The notes beneath the pieces are model-generated. The model was not told where the DNA came from and ran no database searches. It was given only the letters and a program-made list of their open reading frames with translations. From NCBI GenBank assembly GCA_036504755.1, contig DASXUP010000009.1, positions 35,631 to 99,630 of the forward strand: 64,000 nucleotides of DNA, given 5' to 3'. This DNA comes from Coriobacteriia bacterium. Its GTDB lineage: Bacteria; Actinomycetota; Coriobacteriia; Anaerosomatales; JAJZPX01. Both the position numbers and the translations under genes were made by a program. Below, one piece after another: positions 7,408-17,287 of this stretch. The first letter of the stretch is position 1. Each line of letters opens with the position of its first letter.

Positions 7408-10209
7408 TTGCCGCTGACGCTCGTGACTGGTCGCGCCAACACCGGTAAGACCGGCGTGCTGCACGGCGCGTTGCGGAAGGCGCTCGAGGACGGGCTGCCG
7501 GTGACCCTCCTCCTTCCCACCATGCCCGACGTGCGCCGGGCGGAGGCGGAGCTTGGGCGAACGGGGCTCGTCGGGGCTAAGGTCGCCGTTCTCGACGCGT
7601 GGATCGACGAGCTGTGGACGCTATACGGCGACGGGCGGAGGGTGGTGACCCCCGGCGCGAGGCGCGTGTTGTTGCGGCGCGCCCTCGACTCCGTGAAGCT
7701 GGACGCCCTCGCCGCTTCCGCAGCCACGCCGGGATTCGTTCGGCTGCTGGCCGACGTCGCCAAGCGGCTGGTGCGGGTGCCCCGGGAGAGGGGGAAGGGA
7801 GTCGACGCGGAGGCGGCGAGGATCCTCCGTCGATACCATGAGCTCGCTGCGGGCGCCGGGATGATCGAGCGGCAGGTGGCCGCCTGCGCGCTCGCCGGGG
7901 ACCCGCCTCCGGTCCGCGGCCCCGTGCTGGTCAATCGGTTCACCGACCTGTCCGAAGCGCAAGAGGCGCTGCTCGTCGGGCTGGCGAAGCGAACCGAAGT
8001 CGTCGTCGCGCTCACTTGGGAGCCCGACCTGCCCGCCACTACGGCGCTGGACCCTATCGTCGAACGCATGTTCGCTGACGCGCAGGTCGTACCCCGGGTC
8101 ACGGTCCCGGAGGACAGCGAACTCGGACGCATAGAGGAACGCCTCTACTGTCCCGGTGCTCCGATCGTCCCCGAGGGCCGGCTGGAGATAGGGCTGGCGG
8201 CCGGCGATGAAGCGGAATGCGTTCTTGCCGCTCAGGCGGCCCGGTCGCTCGTCGAGGAGGGATTCGCTCCGGAGCGTGTGGCCGTGGTCTTCCGGGATTG
8301 TGGCCGTCGCCTCGGCCTGCTCACCGCCGCGCTTGCCGCGGAAGGTGTGGGAGCGGACATCGACGTGTCGGTCCCCGTCTCCTCCACGCCGCTAGGGGCG
8401 GTGTTCGCCGCGCTTCTCGGCGCGTGCATGTCCCCGTCACGCGAGCAGCTGCTCGCGCTGCTGCTCAGCCCCTATGCCGATGCCGACCCTCTCGCGGTCG
8501 CCGACATCGACGCCCGGTGGCGGCGCCATCGCGTCACAGGCAGCCGTCTGCTATGCGATGCTTCTGCTCTGGGACCGCTGACCGGCCGGGCGCTCGCGGC
8601 CGCCTCGCGCGCGGCCAAGGGCCTGGATACTTCGACGGCAAGCGAGTGGAACACGGCCGCGAACACGCTCCTCGCCGCAGGCTGCACGAGCCGTTCCCCG
8701 GGGTCTTCGGAGATGGCGCTGGATGCCGCGGTGCACCGAGCCCTGCTCGGCGCGATCGACGAGTGCCTGTCCGTGGAGGGCGCGCGACTCAACGCACGGG
8801 ACGCGCTCGAGTTCCTCGCCGTCGCGACGGTGGCTTCGGGTCCCGCGGAGAGGCCGGGCGCGGTCCAGGTGACGGAGGCTCATCGCCTGCGCTCCAGACG
8901 GTTCGACGCGATCGTGCTCGGAGGGCTCACCGCGGATGAGTTCTCGGCGGAGCGGCCTGAGCCGCTGGACGCCGAACTCGCCCTGCGGCTGGGGGCAGCG
9001 CCGGGGATGCCGGAACGCGACGCGGAGCGCATGCTCTTCTATCTCGTCGCGAGCCGGGCCCGCTCCAAGCTCGTTCTCCTGCGCCAGGAGAGCGACGCGC
9101 GCGGCGCGGCGAAGCGGCCCTCCGTCTTCTGGGACGAGGTGGTCGACCTGTACGTGGACGGCGTGGCGTTGGGGGACGTGGCTCCGCAATGGCCGCCGGG
9201 CATCGAACCGCGCCGCCTCGGGTTGGCGGACCTTGCCGACGCCGCACCCGCATATGCGCCAGGACGGCGGATCGAGCGGGCAAAGGCCGCGCGTCTCGGC
9301 GGTGCGTCCCGGCGTCGCGGTCGGCTGAGGGACGAGCGCGTGCTGGAGGCGCTCTCCGCCACGAGCGAGTTCTCCGTCACCGAGCTCGAGACGTACATGT
9401 CCTGCCCATATCGCTGGTTCTACGACAGCGCGGTTCGACCCCGCCGGCTCGACACCGAGGTGGACGCGCGCGAACGGGGCTCGCGGGCGCATCGCCTGCT
9501 GACCGCGTTCTACGCGTCTCTCGAGGCCGAGCTGGGCATCCCCCGCGTCGTTCCCGAGCGGCTCGACGACTCGCTCGCACTTCTGGCCCGGATCGAGGAG
9601 GAGCTGGAGGAGACGATGACGACGCATGCTGTGGGACTCCGCGAGGAGCTAGCGGTGTCGCAGGCCCGCGAATGGGCGCGTGCGGTGGTCCGCGACGACG
9701 CCGACCTGCTGCCGGGGTTCAAGCCCATCGAGCACGAGTTCGCATTCGGTGCGTCGGCGGGGCGTCCTTTCGCCGTGGGCGGGGTGCAGCTGCGCGGTTC
9801 GATCGACCGGATCGACTCCGGCCCGCCGGGGCTCGTGATCACCGACTACAAGAGCGATCCGCAGCCGAAGGGACACGGTTCTTTCGCAGGGCACGGGCTC
9901 ATCCAGTTGCCGGTATACGCCGCCGCCGCTTCCGCGGGGCTCGGGCTGCCGGTCGCCGCGGGCGTCTACCGGTCCCTTCGCTCGCTCGCAGCGCGCGGGT
10001 TCCGCCTTCCGCAGGTCGACCTCGGCGGAAGGGGGTCCGCCCGGGACGAGATCGGACAGGAGGCGGTCGACGTCCTGCTCGCCGAGGCGGCCGACGGTGT
10101 GGCGAGCGCCGCGGGAGGCATCCGTGACGGAGTCATCGCCGCTCGCCCCTCCAGCAAGGCCTCGTGCACTTGGTGCGGCGCCCGGCCTTTCTGCGCGGAG
10201 GGGAGATGA
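7408..10209 (+). CDS. AddB-like helicase-nuclease subunit (P-loop plus PD-(D/E)XK nuclease with Cys cluster)
   Basis: ORF track 7408..10209. Motifs GRANTGKTG (P-loop), a nuclease core GSIDRID...ITDYKS, and terminal cysteines CTWCGARPFC. ATGA overlap with the UvrD-type partner gene. Confidence 0.8.
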   Translation: MPLTLVTGRANTGKTGVLHGALRKALEDGLPVTLLLPTMPDVRRAEAELGRTGLVGAKVAVLDAWIDELWTLYGDGRRVVTPGARRVLLRRALDSVKLDALAASAATPGFVRLLADVAKRLVRVPRERGKGVDAEAARILRRYHELAAGAGMIERQVAACALAGDPPPVRGPVLVNRFTDLSEAQEALLVGLAKRTEVVVALTWEPDLPATTALDPIVERMFADAQVVPRVTVPEDSELGRIEERLYCPGAPIVPEGRLEIGLAAGDEAECVLAAQAARSLVEEGFAPERVAVVFRDCGRRLGLLTAALAAEGVGADIDVSVPVSSTPLGAVFAALLGACMSPSREQLLALLLSPYADADPLAVADIDARWRRHRVTGSRLLCDASALGPLTGRALAAASRAAKGLDTSTASEWNTAANTLLAAGCTSRSPGSSEMALDAAVHRALLGAIDECLSVEGARLNARDALEFLAVATVASGPAERPGAVQVTEAHRLRSRRFDAIVLGGLTADEFSAERPEPLDAELALRLGAAPGMPERDAERMLFYLVASRARSKLVLLRQESDARGAAKRPSVFWDEVVDLYVDGVALGDVAPQWPPGIEPRRLGLADLADAAPAYAPGRRIERAKAARLGGASRRRGRLRDERVLEALSATSEFSVTELETYMSCPYRWFYDSAVRPRRLDTEVDARERGSRAHRLLTAFYASLEAELGIPRVVPERLDDSLALLARIEEELEETMTTHAVGLREELAVSQAREWARAVVRDDADLLPGFKPIEHEFAFGASAGRPFAVGGVQLRGSIDRIDSGPPGLVITDYKSDPQPKGHGSFAGHGLIQLPVYAAAASAGLGLPVAAGVYRSLRSLAARGFRLPQVDLGGRGSARDEIGQEAVDVLLAEAADGVASAAGGIRDGVIAARPSSKASCTWCGARPFCAEGR

Positions 10210-13200
10210 GCGAGGCGAGCGCGGGGACGGAGGGGCTGAACGAGGAGCAGGCGAGGGCCGCGCGGCACCTTGCGGGGCCGCTGCTGATCGATGCAGGCGC
10301 GGGCTCCGGCAAGACGAGGACGCTGACGCAGCGTGTCGTATGTGCTCTGACCCCGGGCTCGGTCCCCGGCTGGCAGGCCGTCTCGGTGGAGGAGATCCTC
10401 GCGATCACGTTCACCGAGAAGGCGGCAGGGGAGATCGGGGAGCGGGTACGGCGTGCTTTGCGAGCGGCCGGCCGGTTCGAGGACGCTCGGCGTCTCGACG
10501 CGGCGTGGTTCTCGACGATCCACGGAGCGTGTTCAAGGTTGCTCCGCCGCCATGCCCTCGAGGCAGGCGTGGACCCCGCATTCCGTGTCATCGACGGCGT
10601 CGAGGCGCACGGCACGCGCGAGCGTGCGTTCGCCGAGTCCGCGCGGGAGGCGATGGCGGCCTCGGACGCGGGTGAGGCCCTCTTCGGCGCGTACGGGTTC
10701 GAGACGGTGGCGGTGGCCGTCAAGGCGCTTCATCGCGAGCTGCGCACCCGCGGCCTCGGTCCGGACGTACTGCTGGTGGAGCCGGCGCCCGACGCTGGGC
10801 GGGTGCTTCAAGACGCAGTCGCGTTCTTTCGCCGCATGGGAGCGGATTGGGAGGCGTGTCCGAGCGCGACGGCAACGGCCCAGAGCCAGCGGGAAGGGTG
10901 CCGGACCACGGTGTCGTCGCTCGAGCGGATCGGCGGCTCGAGCATGCCGCCCCACCTCTTGGCGGCCGAAGTGTGGGATGCGATCGACGCCCATCCCAAG
11001 CCGCCGTCGAAGCTGAAAGGCGCGGAGGGGATCATCGCGGAGATGCTGCCGGAACGGACGAGCCTGCTCCAGAAGGCCGCGTGCGCCGCGACGGCGCCGA
11101 TGGCTGAGGCTCTTCGCTCGCTCGTCGAGAGGTACGGGAGCCGATATCGGGCGGCGAAGCAGGCTTCGGGGGGGCTGGACTTCGACGATCTGCAGCTCGA
11201 GGCGCTGCGGCTTCTCGAGCGCCGCCCGGACATCGCGCGGCGTCAGCGTGAGCAGTTCCGCCTCGTCATGGTGGACGAGTTCCAGGACACGGATCGGCTG
11301 CAGCTCGAGCTCGTTCGCGCGCTCGCGGGCACGAACCTGTGCACGGTAGGGGACGAGCGGCAGTCCATCTACCGATTCCGCGGCGCCGACCTGGAGGTCT
11401 ACCGCGAGCACGTGCTCGCCATGAAGGAGGCCGGCGCTCTCTCCGTGGCGCTCGCGGAGAATTACCGCTCGCATCCGGACATCCTCGCCTTCGTCAACGC
11501 CGCGTTCGGATCGTCCGCTCTGTTCGGCGACACGTTCCTCGAGCTGCGTGCGATGCGCGACGGATTCCGGTGCCCCCGACCACCGGTGGGCGAGCGCGTT
11601 CAGGTCGTGCTCATACGCCGGAAGGGCAATGCAGGAGTGGTGGCGCAGGAAGCCGCCGTCATCGCGGAACGATTCGCGGCACTGCGTGACGGTGGCGTCG
11701 CCACGGGCTCGATGGCGGTGCTCCTGCGGACGTACAAGCACGCGGAGGAGTACGCGGCTGCGCTGCGGGCACGAGGGATGCAGCCGCTCATCTTAGGCGG
11801 GAGCCGTTTCTTCGACCGCCCCGAGGTGCGGACCTTGCGCGCGCTCTGCCGCGCTCTCGCGAACGCCGACGACGACGAAGCCCTGGCGCTGCTGCTGGCC
11901 TCGCCCGTAGGCGGGCTGTCCGATGACGCCCTGTGGCTGCTGCGCAACGACCCGTCCACCGGACGGCGGTCGAGCCCGCTCTCGCGGCCCCTGCTCGCCG
12001 GCGAGGTCGAGTTTCCATGCGAAGATGCGAGCGCCGCCGCGCTGTTCGAGGAGGTATGGGGGCGTGCGCGCTCCCGCGTCGGCCGGATGCCGCTTTCCGA
12101 GATCCTGCTGAGAGTCGTCGAGGAGAGCGCATGGGACCTTCGGCTGCTCGCCGGCGGCGACGCGGGGACCCATGCGTATGCGAACGTGCTGAAGTTCGCC
12201 CGGCTTACCGACGAGTTCGAGTCGGCCGGCGGCACCGGGCCGGCGGGCTTCGTTGAGTACCTGGACGCGAAGGAGGAGAGCGGCGATCCCGAGGCCCCCG
12301 CGACTCTCGCCGACGAGACCTCTCGCTGCGTCCGGATCATGAGCGTCCACGCGTCGAAGGGGCTCGAGTTCGCAGTCGTCGCGCTGCCGCAACTCGGTGA
12401 CGGGCCGCGGGCCGAGCGCGGGCCCGTGCGGTGGAAGCCGGAGGGGGGAAGGATCTCGCTCGCGCTCGCCCTGCCGCCGGACCGCTGTCATGCCGAGGGG
12501 TCCAAGACGAACGGGACCGCCTGGTTCGCGCTGTTCGACGCGTCGGCGGTGGCGGCCGAGGAAGAGGAGGCCAAGCGGCTGCTCTACGTTGCGTGCACCC
12601 GTGCGGAGGAGGTGCTGCTGCTGACCGGCGCCACGAACCTCGAGGAGGTCCCGGCCAAGCGCTCTCCGCTCGAGTGGCTTTCGCGGGCGCGGGCGGAGAT
12701 CCTCGCGGGCGGCGGAGAGTTGCCCGCGGAGTGGGAGTGCGTCGATGCCGAGGGCCAGGAGACGGCGGGGCCGGTAGAGCTCGAGGCGGACGCCGAGGAG
12801 GCCGGCGCCTTCCGCCCGGCCCCGCCTGCAGGACCCGCCCCCTCGCCCGCGAAGACGCCCGACCGCCTCTCCTACAGCGACATCGCGCTGTATCGCAGCT
12901 GCGGCCTGCGCTTCTACGCGGAGAAGGTACTGCGCCTCGGAGCGGCGAGCCGCCCGGACCCGGCGGGCGACCCCCGTGCGTTCGGGTCGGCCGTGCATGC
13001 CGCGTTGCAGCTGGCGGTGGCCGGAACGTCTGCCGACGCGGCCCGGCTGGCGGCGATCGCCCGAGCGTTCGGGCTCGGCGGGGACGACGCGGTGCACCTC
13101 GGAGAGGTGGTTCGAGGATTCCTCGGCTCGGCCCTTGCCGCCGAGGTCGCCGCGTGCGTTTCGGTCGGGACCGAGGTGTCCTTCGTCGTGCCGGTCGGCC

Positions 13201-13607
13201 CGCAGACGTTCCTGCTGCACGGCACGATGGATGCGTACGCGAAGGACGGAGGGCGGGGGCTCGTCGTCGACTACAAGACGGGCACTGACGGCACGCCCCA
13301 GGTGCTGAGAGAGCGCTTCGCCCTGCAGGCCGCCTGCTACGGTCTCGTGGCCCTGCGGGATGGCTGCGGGCAAGCGCGGGTGGTGTTCGCTCGGCTGGAG
13401 TCGTCCAAGGGTGACGGGCCGCAGACGATCGAATACTCGTTCGCCTCCGGCGACGCCCATGCGATCGAGGCGGAGCTGCTCGCGGAGCACGAGCGCATGG
13501 GCGCGGGGGAGTACGAGCCCTCGCGCTCGCACGATCGCCGGTCGTGCGCCGGCTGCCCCGCCTCGGCCGTCATCTGTCCGCTGCAGCCCTACGGCTCGCA
13601 GCGCTGA
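10206..13607 (+). CDS. AddA-like UvrD/Rep-family helicase with C-terminal RecB-type nuclease
   Basis: Frame of ORF 10164..13607 from ATG 10206. Motifs AGAGSGKTRTL, MVDEFQDT and YRFRGAD. C-terminal GTMDAYAKDG...VVDYKTG. Confidence 0.85.
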   Translation: MSEASAGTEGLNEEQARAARHLAGPLLIDAGAGSGKTRTLTQRVVCALTPGSVPGWQAVSVEEILAITFTEKAAGEIGERVRRALRAAGRFEDARRLDAAWFSTIHGACSRLLRRHALEAGVDPAFRVIDGVEAHGTRERAFAESAREAMAASDAGEALFGAYGFETVAVAVKALHRELRTRGLGPDVLLVEPAPDAGRVLQDAVAFFRRMGADWEACPSATATAQSQREGCRTTVSSLERIGGSSMPPHLLAAEVWDAIDAHPKPPSKLKGAEGIIAEMLPERTSLLQKAACAATAPMAEALRSLVERYGSRYRAAKQASGGLDFDDLQLEALRLLERRPDIARRQREQFRLVMVDEFQDTDRLQLELVRALAGTNLCTVGDERQSIYRFRGADLEVYREHVLAMKEAGALSVALAENYRSHPDILAFVNAAFGSSALFGDTFLELRAMRDGFRCPRPPVGERVQVVLIRRKGNAGVVAQEAAVIAERFAALRDGGVATGSMAVLLRTYKHAEEYAAALRARGMQPLILGGSRFFDRPEVRTLRALCRALANADDDEALALLLASPVGGLSDDALWLLRNDPSTGRRSSPLSRPLLAGEVEFPCEDASAAALFEEVWGRARSRVGRMPLSEILLRVVEESAWDLRLLAGGDAGTHAYANVLKFARLTDEFESAGGTGPAGFVEYLDAKEESGDPEAPATLADETSRCVRIMSVHASKGLEFAVVALPQLGDGPRAERGPVRWKPEGGRISLALALPPDRCHAEGSKTNGTAWFALFDASAVAAEEEEAKRLLYVACTRAEEVLLLTGATNLEEVPAKRSPLEWLSRARAEILAGGGELPAEWECVDAEGQETAGPVELEADAEEAGAFRPAPPAGPAPSPAKTPDRLSYSDIALYRSCGLRFYAEKVLRLGAASRPDPAGDPRAFGSAVHAALQLAVAGTSADAARLAAIARAFGLGGDDAVHLGEVVRGFLGSALAAEVAACVSVGTEVSFVVPVGPQTFLLHGTMDAYAKDGGRGLVVDYKTGTDGTPQVLRERFALQAACYGLVALRDGCGQARVVFARLESSKGDGPQTIEYSFASGDAHAIEAELLAEHERMGAGEYEPSRSHDRRSCAGCPASAVICPLQPYGSQR

Positions 13608-14620
13608 CGCAGCTGTCCGCATGCGGCGTCGATGTCGGCTCCTCGCTCGACGCGCACGGAGGCCTCGACGCCGGCGCTCCGCAGAGCGTGCCGGAAGCGC
13701 TCGACCCGCTGTTGCGACGAGCGCTCGAGGGCGCTGCCCGCCACTGCGTTCACCGGGATGAGGTTCACGTGACACAGCAGGCCTTCGCAGAAGCGCAGCA
13801 GCGCCTGCAGCTCGCCCTCGTTGTCGTTGGCACCGTCGACGAGCGTGTACTCCAGGGTCACCCGTCTTCCCCTGGCCGCCGTGTAGGCGGCGAGTGCCGC
13901 GAGCAGCTCCGGCAGAGGCCATCGCGCGACCCCCGGCATGAGCGCGTCCCGGGTCGGCTGCACGGCGGAGTGCAGCGACACCGCCAGCGTGAACTGCTCC
14001 GGCTCGGACGCGAGCCGCCGGATCCCCGGGACGACTCCCGAGGTCGAGATGGTGAGGTGCCGGGCGCCTATACCCGCTCCGTCCTTCGAGTTGAGGAAGC
14101 GGAACGCCACCAGCGTCGCGTCGTAGTTCGCGAAGGGCTCGCCCTGCCCCATCGCGACGGCGTTGGTCGCGCGCCTGCCGAAATCGAGCGCGACTGCGCT
14201 CACCTGGTCGGCGATCTCGCCCGGAAGCAGGTTTCGCACGAAACCGCCCCGGCCCGTCGCGCAGAAGCTGCAGCCCATGACGCAGCCCACTTGCGTCGAG
14301 AGGCAGACCGTGAGCAGGCCGCCGGCGGGAAGGCCCACGCCCTCGACCATCGTGCCGTCGCCCAGCCGCCACAGGTACTTGCGCGTCCCGTCAGACGGCG
14401 AGACCTGGCGCCTCACGAGGGAGGGGAACGACAGCGAGAAACGCTCCGCAAGCTTGTCGCGGAGCGCTCCGGGAAGGTCGGTCATCTGCTCGAAGCTCGT
14501 CGCACCTCGGCCGTAGAGCCAGCGAACGAGCTGTCCCGTGCGATACGCGGGCTCACCCAGCGAGCCCAGCGCCTCGGCGAGTCCCGCCCGGTCGAGTGAC
14601 TTCACGTCTTGGTCGGGCAT
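13589..14620 (-). CDS. rlmN: 23S rRNA/tRNA A2503 C2-methyltransferase RlmN (radical SAM)
   Basis: C-terminal 343 aa of ORF 13589..15364 (-), from MPDQDVKSLD. Radical-SAM CxxxCxxC motif GCVMGCSFCATG. MGQGEPFANY motif and a C-terminal conserved Cys (ACGQL). Confidence 0.9.
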   Translation of the reverse strand: MPDQDVKSLDRAGLAEALGSLGEPAYRTGQLVRWLYGRGATSFEQMTDLPGALRDKLAERFSLSFPSLVRRQVSPSDGTRKYLWRLGDGTMVEGVGLPAGGLLTVCLSTQVGCVMGCSFCATGRGGFVRNLLPGEIADQVSAVALDFGRRATNAVAMGQGEPFANYDATLVAFRFLNSKDGAGIGARHLTISTSGVVPGIRRLASEPEQFTLAVSLHSAVQPTRDALMPGVARWPLPELLAALAAYTAARGRRVTLEYTLVDGANDNEGELQALLRFCEGLLCHVNLIPVNAVAGSALERSSQQRVERFRHALRSAGVEASVRVERGADIDAACGQLRQRCEP

Positions 14621-14628
14621 GTTCGATG

Positions 14629-15135
14629 CTACCCGCCGAGGCCCTCGAGGACCTTCTTGTACGCCTCGCGGTGCTGCTTCTCGTAGAAGCCGAGGAACTT
14701 GAAGTACTGCGCGATCTCGGGGAAGCCCTCGTCCTCTGCCACCTGCGCGAACTCGGGATACATCGAGGTCGTCTCGTAGTCTTCGCCGTTGATCGCCGTC
14801 TTCAGGTTCTCGGCGGTCTCGCCGAAGCCGCCGAAGTATGCGAGTTCGCCCAGAGCATGCGCGGTCTCCTCGGTGAGCGCGTGCTCGAACGCGGTCGCGG
14901 CTTCCGGATGTCCCTCGAGCTCGGCGATGCGCTTGTAGAGCGTGTAACGGCGGTTCGCCTGCGACTCGCCGGCGAATGCTGCCTGCAGGTTCTCGATGGT
15001 CTTGGTCCCGGTCAGATCGCCCGGGCCGTCGTACTGCTGGAATGCGCTCTGCGGCGCCCCGCACACGGGACACGTCTCCGGGGCGGGACCGACGTGGTAG
15101 TACCCGCAGTTGCTGCAGCGATAGCGCTCGACCAC
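14629..15135 (-). CDS. Reverse rubrerythrin (N-terminal rubredoxin-like CxxC...CxxC plus diiron ferritin-like domain)
   Basis: ORF track 14629..15135 (-). YRCSNCGYYHVGPAPETCPVCG lies at the N-terminus, followed by ENLQAAFAGESQANRRY and E...EExH-type helices. Confidence 0.9.
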   Translation of the reverse strand: MVERYRCSNCGYYHVGPAPETCPVCGAPQSAFQQYDGPGDLTGTKTIENLQAAFAGESQANRRYTLYKRIAELEGHPEAATAFEHALTEETAHALGELAYFGGFGETAENLKTAINGEDYETTSMYPEFAQVAEDEGFPEIAQYFKFLGFYEKQHREAYKKVLEGLGG

Positions 15136-15380
15136 GATGTTCTCCTCTCACGCGAGCCGGCAGCAGCATGGCTGCTCCGGCCTCCGACGACTCGGTTCTT
15201 TCCCATTTGTTGCCAGGCGCCGGCGCCGTACTTCGCAAGGGGTGTGCGCGTGCGGGCCGGAACCTGCTAGCATGGCAAGCGGGGAGCCATGCGGCAGGAG
15301 ATGGCTGCCGCATGCCGAAGGAGTATACCAGCACGACCGGGGTGCCATGCCCCAACGACAGCATCTACAGGAGGTCATGG

Positions 15381-15779
15381 ATGGACACCAGGCACATCGT
15401 GCGGAGCGGAGCGGTCGTCGTGGCCGCCCTGCTGCTGCTCACGTTCGCGTTCGCCTTCGCCCCGGCCGCACCGTGCGGCGCGCCGGCTGCCGTCAAGAGC
15501 GTCGCCCCAGCTGCGGCATCCGCCGCCGAGGCCACCGCGACGTCGGCCACCGCGGCTCCCGCCGAGAGCGCGGCGCCGAAGGCCGAAGAGGCGAAGACAG
15601 GAGAGGCCAAGGGTGAGACCCCGCACAAGGTGGGCAACCCGTCGCAGTCACAACTCGCGGATCTGCGCAGGGCCTGGGACAGCATCCCCGGCTTCGACCT
15701 GCTACTCATCGCGATCCTCGGGCTGATCGTCACCGTCGGCGTCGTCGGGTTCGGCGCTTTCAAGCAGATGAAGGTCTAG
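15381..15779 (+). CDS. Hypothetical Ala-rich exported protein with C-terminal TM anchor
   Basis: Frame of ORF 14976..15779 from ATG 15381 (AGGAGG 6 nt upstream). Signal-like N-terminus AVVVAALLLLTFAFAFA and C-terminal helix LLLIAILGLIVTVGVVGFGAF. No family recognised. Confidence 0.55.
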   Translation: MDTRHIVRSGAVVVAALLLLTFAFAFAPAAPCGAPAAVKSVAPAAASAAEATATSATAAPAESAAPKAEEAKTGEAKGETPHKVGNPSQSQLADLRRAWDSIPGFDLLLIAILGLIVTVGVVGFGAFKQMKV

Positions 15780-15802
15780 CGGCCGGAAGAGCCCGCTCGC
15801 GC

Positions 15803-15836
15803 GAAGAGGCCCGCCGCGGAAGCAGCGGGCCTCTTC
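15803..15836. terminator. Bidirectional terminator-like hairpin between convergent genes
   Basis: GAAGAGGCCCGC-(10 nt)-GCGGGCCTCTTC, a 12-bp perfect stem, between the stop at 15779 (+) and the htrA stop at 15851 (-). Confidence 0.5.
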
Positions 15837-15850
15837 GGCTCTCCGGCTCC

Positions 15851-17107
15851 CTAGAGCTTCGGCGGTTTCACGCCCACCGTCATCTGCAGCGAGATCTCCT
15901 TGCCGGCGCGGAAGACCTTGAGCGTCACCGTCTTGCCGACGCCGGCCTCGCGGACAGCCCCGATAAGATCCTCCATCGACCGGATGGGCGTGTCGTCGAG
16001 CCGAACGATGATGTCGTCAGGCTTGACGCCCGCCTTCGCCGCGCCGCTGTCCTTCACTACCGATATGACGCGTGCGCCCTCCGTCACCAGAAGCTTCTGC
16101 CGCTGCGCGGAACCTTCGGTGACAGTCTGGCCGATGATGCCGAGGAACGGGTGCCGGACCTGCCCGCTGCCGATGAGCTGGTCTGCGACCTCGACGACCG
16201 TGTTGACGGGTATCGCGAACCCGATGCCGTCGTTGCTTCCGCTCGCGCTGAAGATCGCGGAGTTGATCCCGACCAGCTTGCCCTTGCGGTCCACCAGGGC
16301 GCCGCCCGAATTGCCCGGATTGATCGCGGCGTCCGTCTGGATGACGTCCACCAGCGAGGCCGTGCCGCTCGCGTCGGCTGCCGAGGGAGGCAGCGACCGG
16401 TGCAGCGCCGAGATCACCCCGGACGTTACCGAGTGCTCGAGGCCGAAAGGCGATCCGATGGCGACGACGAGGTCGCCCACCGCGAGCTTCTTCGAGTCGG
16501 CCACTTGGATGACCGGCAGCGCTTTGTCGATCTTCACGACCGCCATGTCGGTGTCCGGGTCGGCGCCGACCAGCGTGGCCCTCAGCCGTTCCCCGCTGAC
16601 GGGTGTCACGACGATGCGGTTCGCCCCTTCGACGACATGGTTGTTCGTGATGATGTACGTCCCGCCGCCCGGTGCTTGGCGGAACGCGACCCCCGAGCCG
16701 TTGCCCTGGATCGGCACGCTGGGATGGTTCTTGGGCAGCCCTCCGGTGCCGCCGGCGGTCTCGTTGCCGGAGATGTCGATGTTGACCACGCTGGGAACGG
16801 CTACGGCTGCAGCCGCCGCGACCGGTTCGTCCGTCTGCCCGGTCACGCTGATCGTGCCGCCGCCGGTGGGGGTGGCGCGCTGCAGCGCCAGTCTCGCGCC
16901 GAAGAACCCGGCCGCGGCGCCCGCGAACGCGGCGACGACGAACGCGATGAGCACGCTGAGCAGCGCGGCGACCAAGACCGGTCGCCGTTGACGCGCGGGC
17001 GTGCCGATGTCCCGCGCTCCGCTTTCGGCCGGCGGGCGCCAACCGCCGGTGCCCTCGCTGGGCGGCGGGGCGGGGACCTCCCGCGGCCCGGTCGTGTCGT
17101 CGGTCAT
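15851..17107 (-). CDS. htrA: HtrA/DegP-family serine protease with PDZ domain
   Basis: ORF 15851..17311 (-) from MTDDTT (ATG 17107). TM anchor, active-site motif GNSGGALVDRKGKLVGINSAIF, and a C-terminal PDZ (GARVISVVKDSGAAKAGVKPDDIIVRLDD). Confidence 0.85.
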   Translation of the reverse strand: MTDDTTGPREVPAPPPSEGTGGWRPPAESGARDIGTPARQRRPVLVAALLSVLIAFVVAAFAGAAAGFFGARLALQRATPTGGGTISVTGQTDEPVAAAAAVAVPSVVNIDISGNETAGGTGGLPKNHPSVPIQGNGSGVAFRQAPGGGTYIITNNHVVEGANRIVVTPVSGERLRATLVGADPDTDMAVVKIDKALPVIQVADSKKLAVGDLVVAIGSPFGLEHSVTSGVISALHRSLPPSAADASGTASLVDVIQTDAAINPGNSGGALVDRKGKLVGINSAIFSASGSNDGIGFAIPVNTVVEVADQLIGSGQVRHPFLGIIGQTVTEGSAQRQKLLVTEGARVISVVKDSGAAKAGVKPDDIIVRLDDTPIRSMEDLIGAVREAGVGKTVTLKVFRAGKEISLQMTVGVKPPKL

Positions 17108-17287
17108 CGTGCACCTCGCGTTCGCGCTAGGAGTGCGGTTTCCGTTTCCATTATGTCCAAAGACCGAGCTGCTCCCGCGTCCTCCCTCACAGGCAGTGCT
17201 CAGGATGTCGAGCGCACGGCCTGCGGCGTGGCGCGGGTGCCGACGTTGGCATAGACTCACCAGTAGTCTCGAGCAGCGGAGGGGAGC

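Noticed and set aside
14621-15364. An N-terminal extension of rlmN of about 248 aa (ORF 13589-15364).
   Set aside because: The extension overlaps the well-supported rubrerythrin gene in another frame and is Arg-rich low complexity. The RlmN homology begins at MPDQDVKSLD (ATG 14620).
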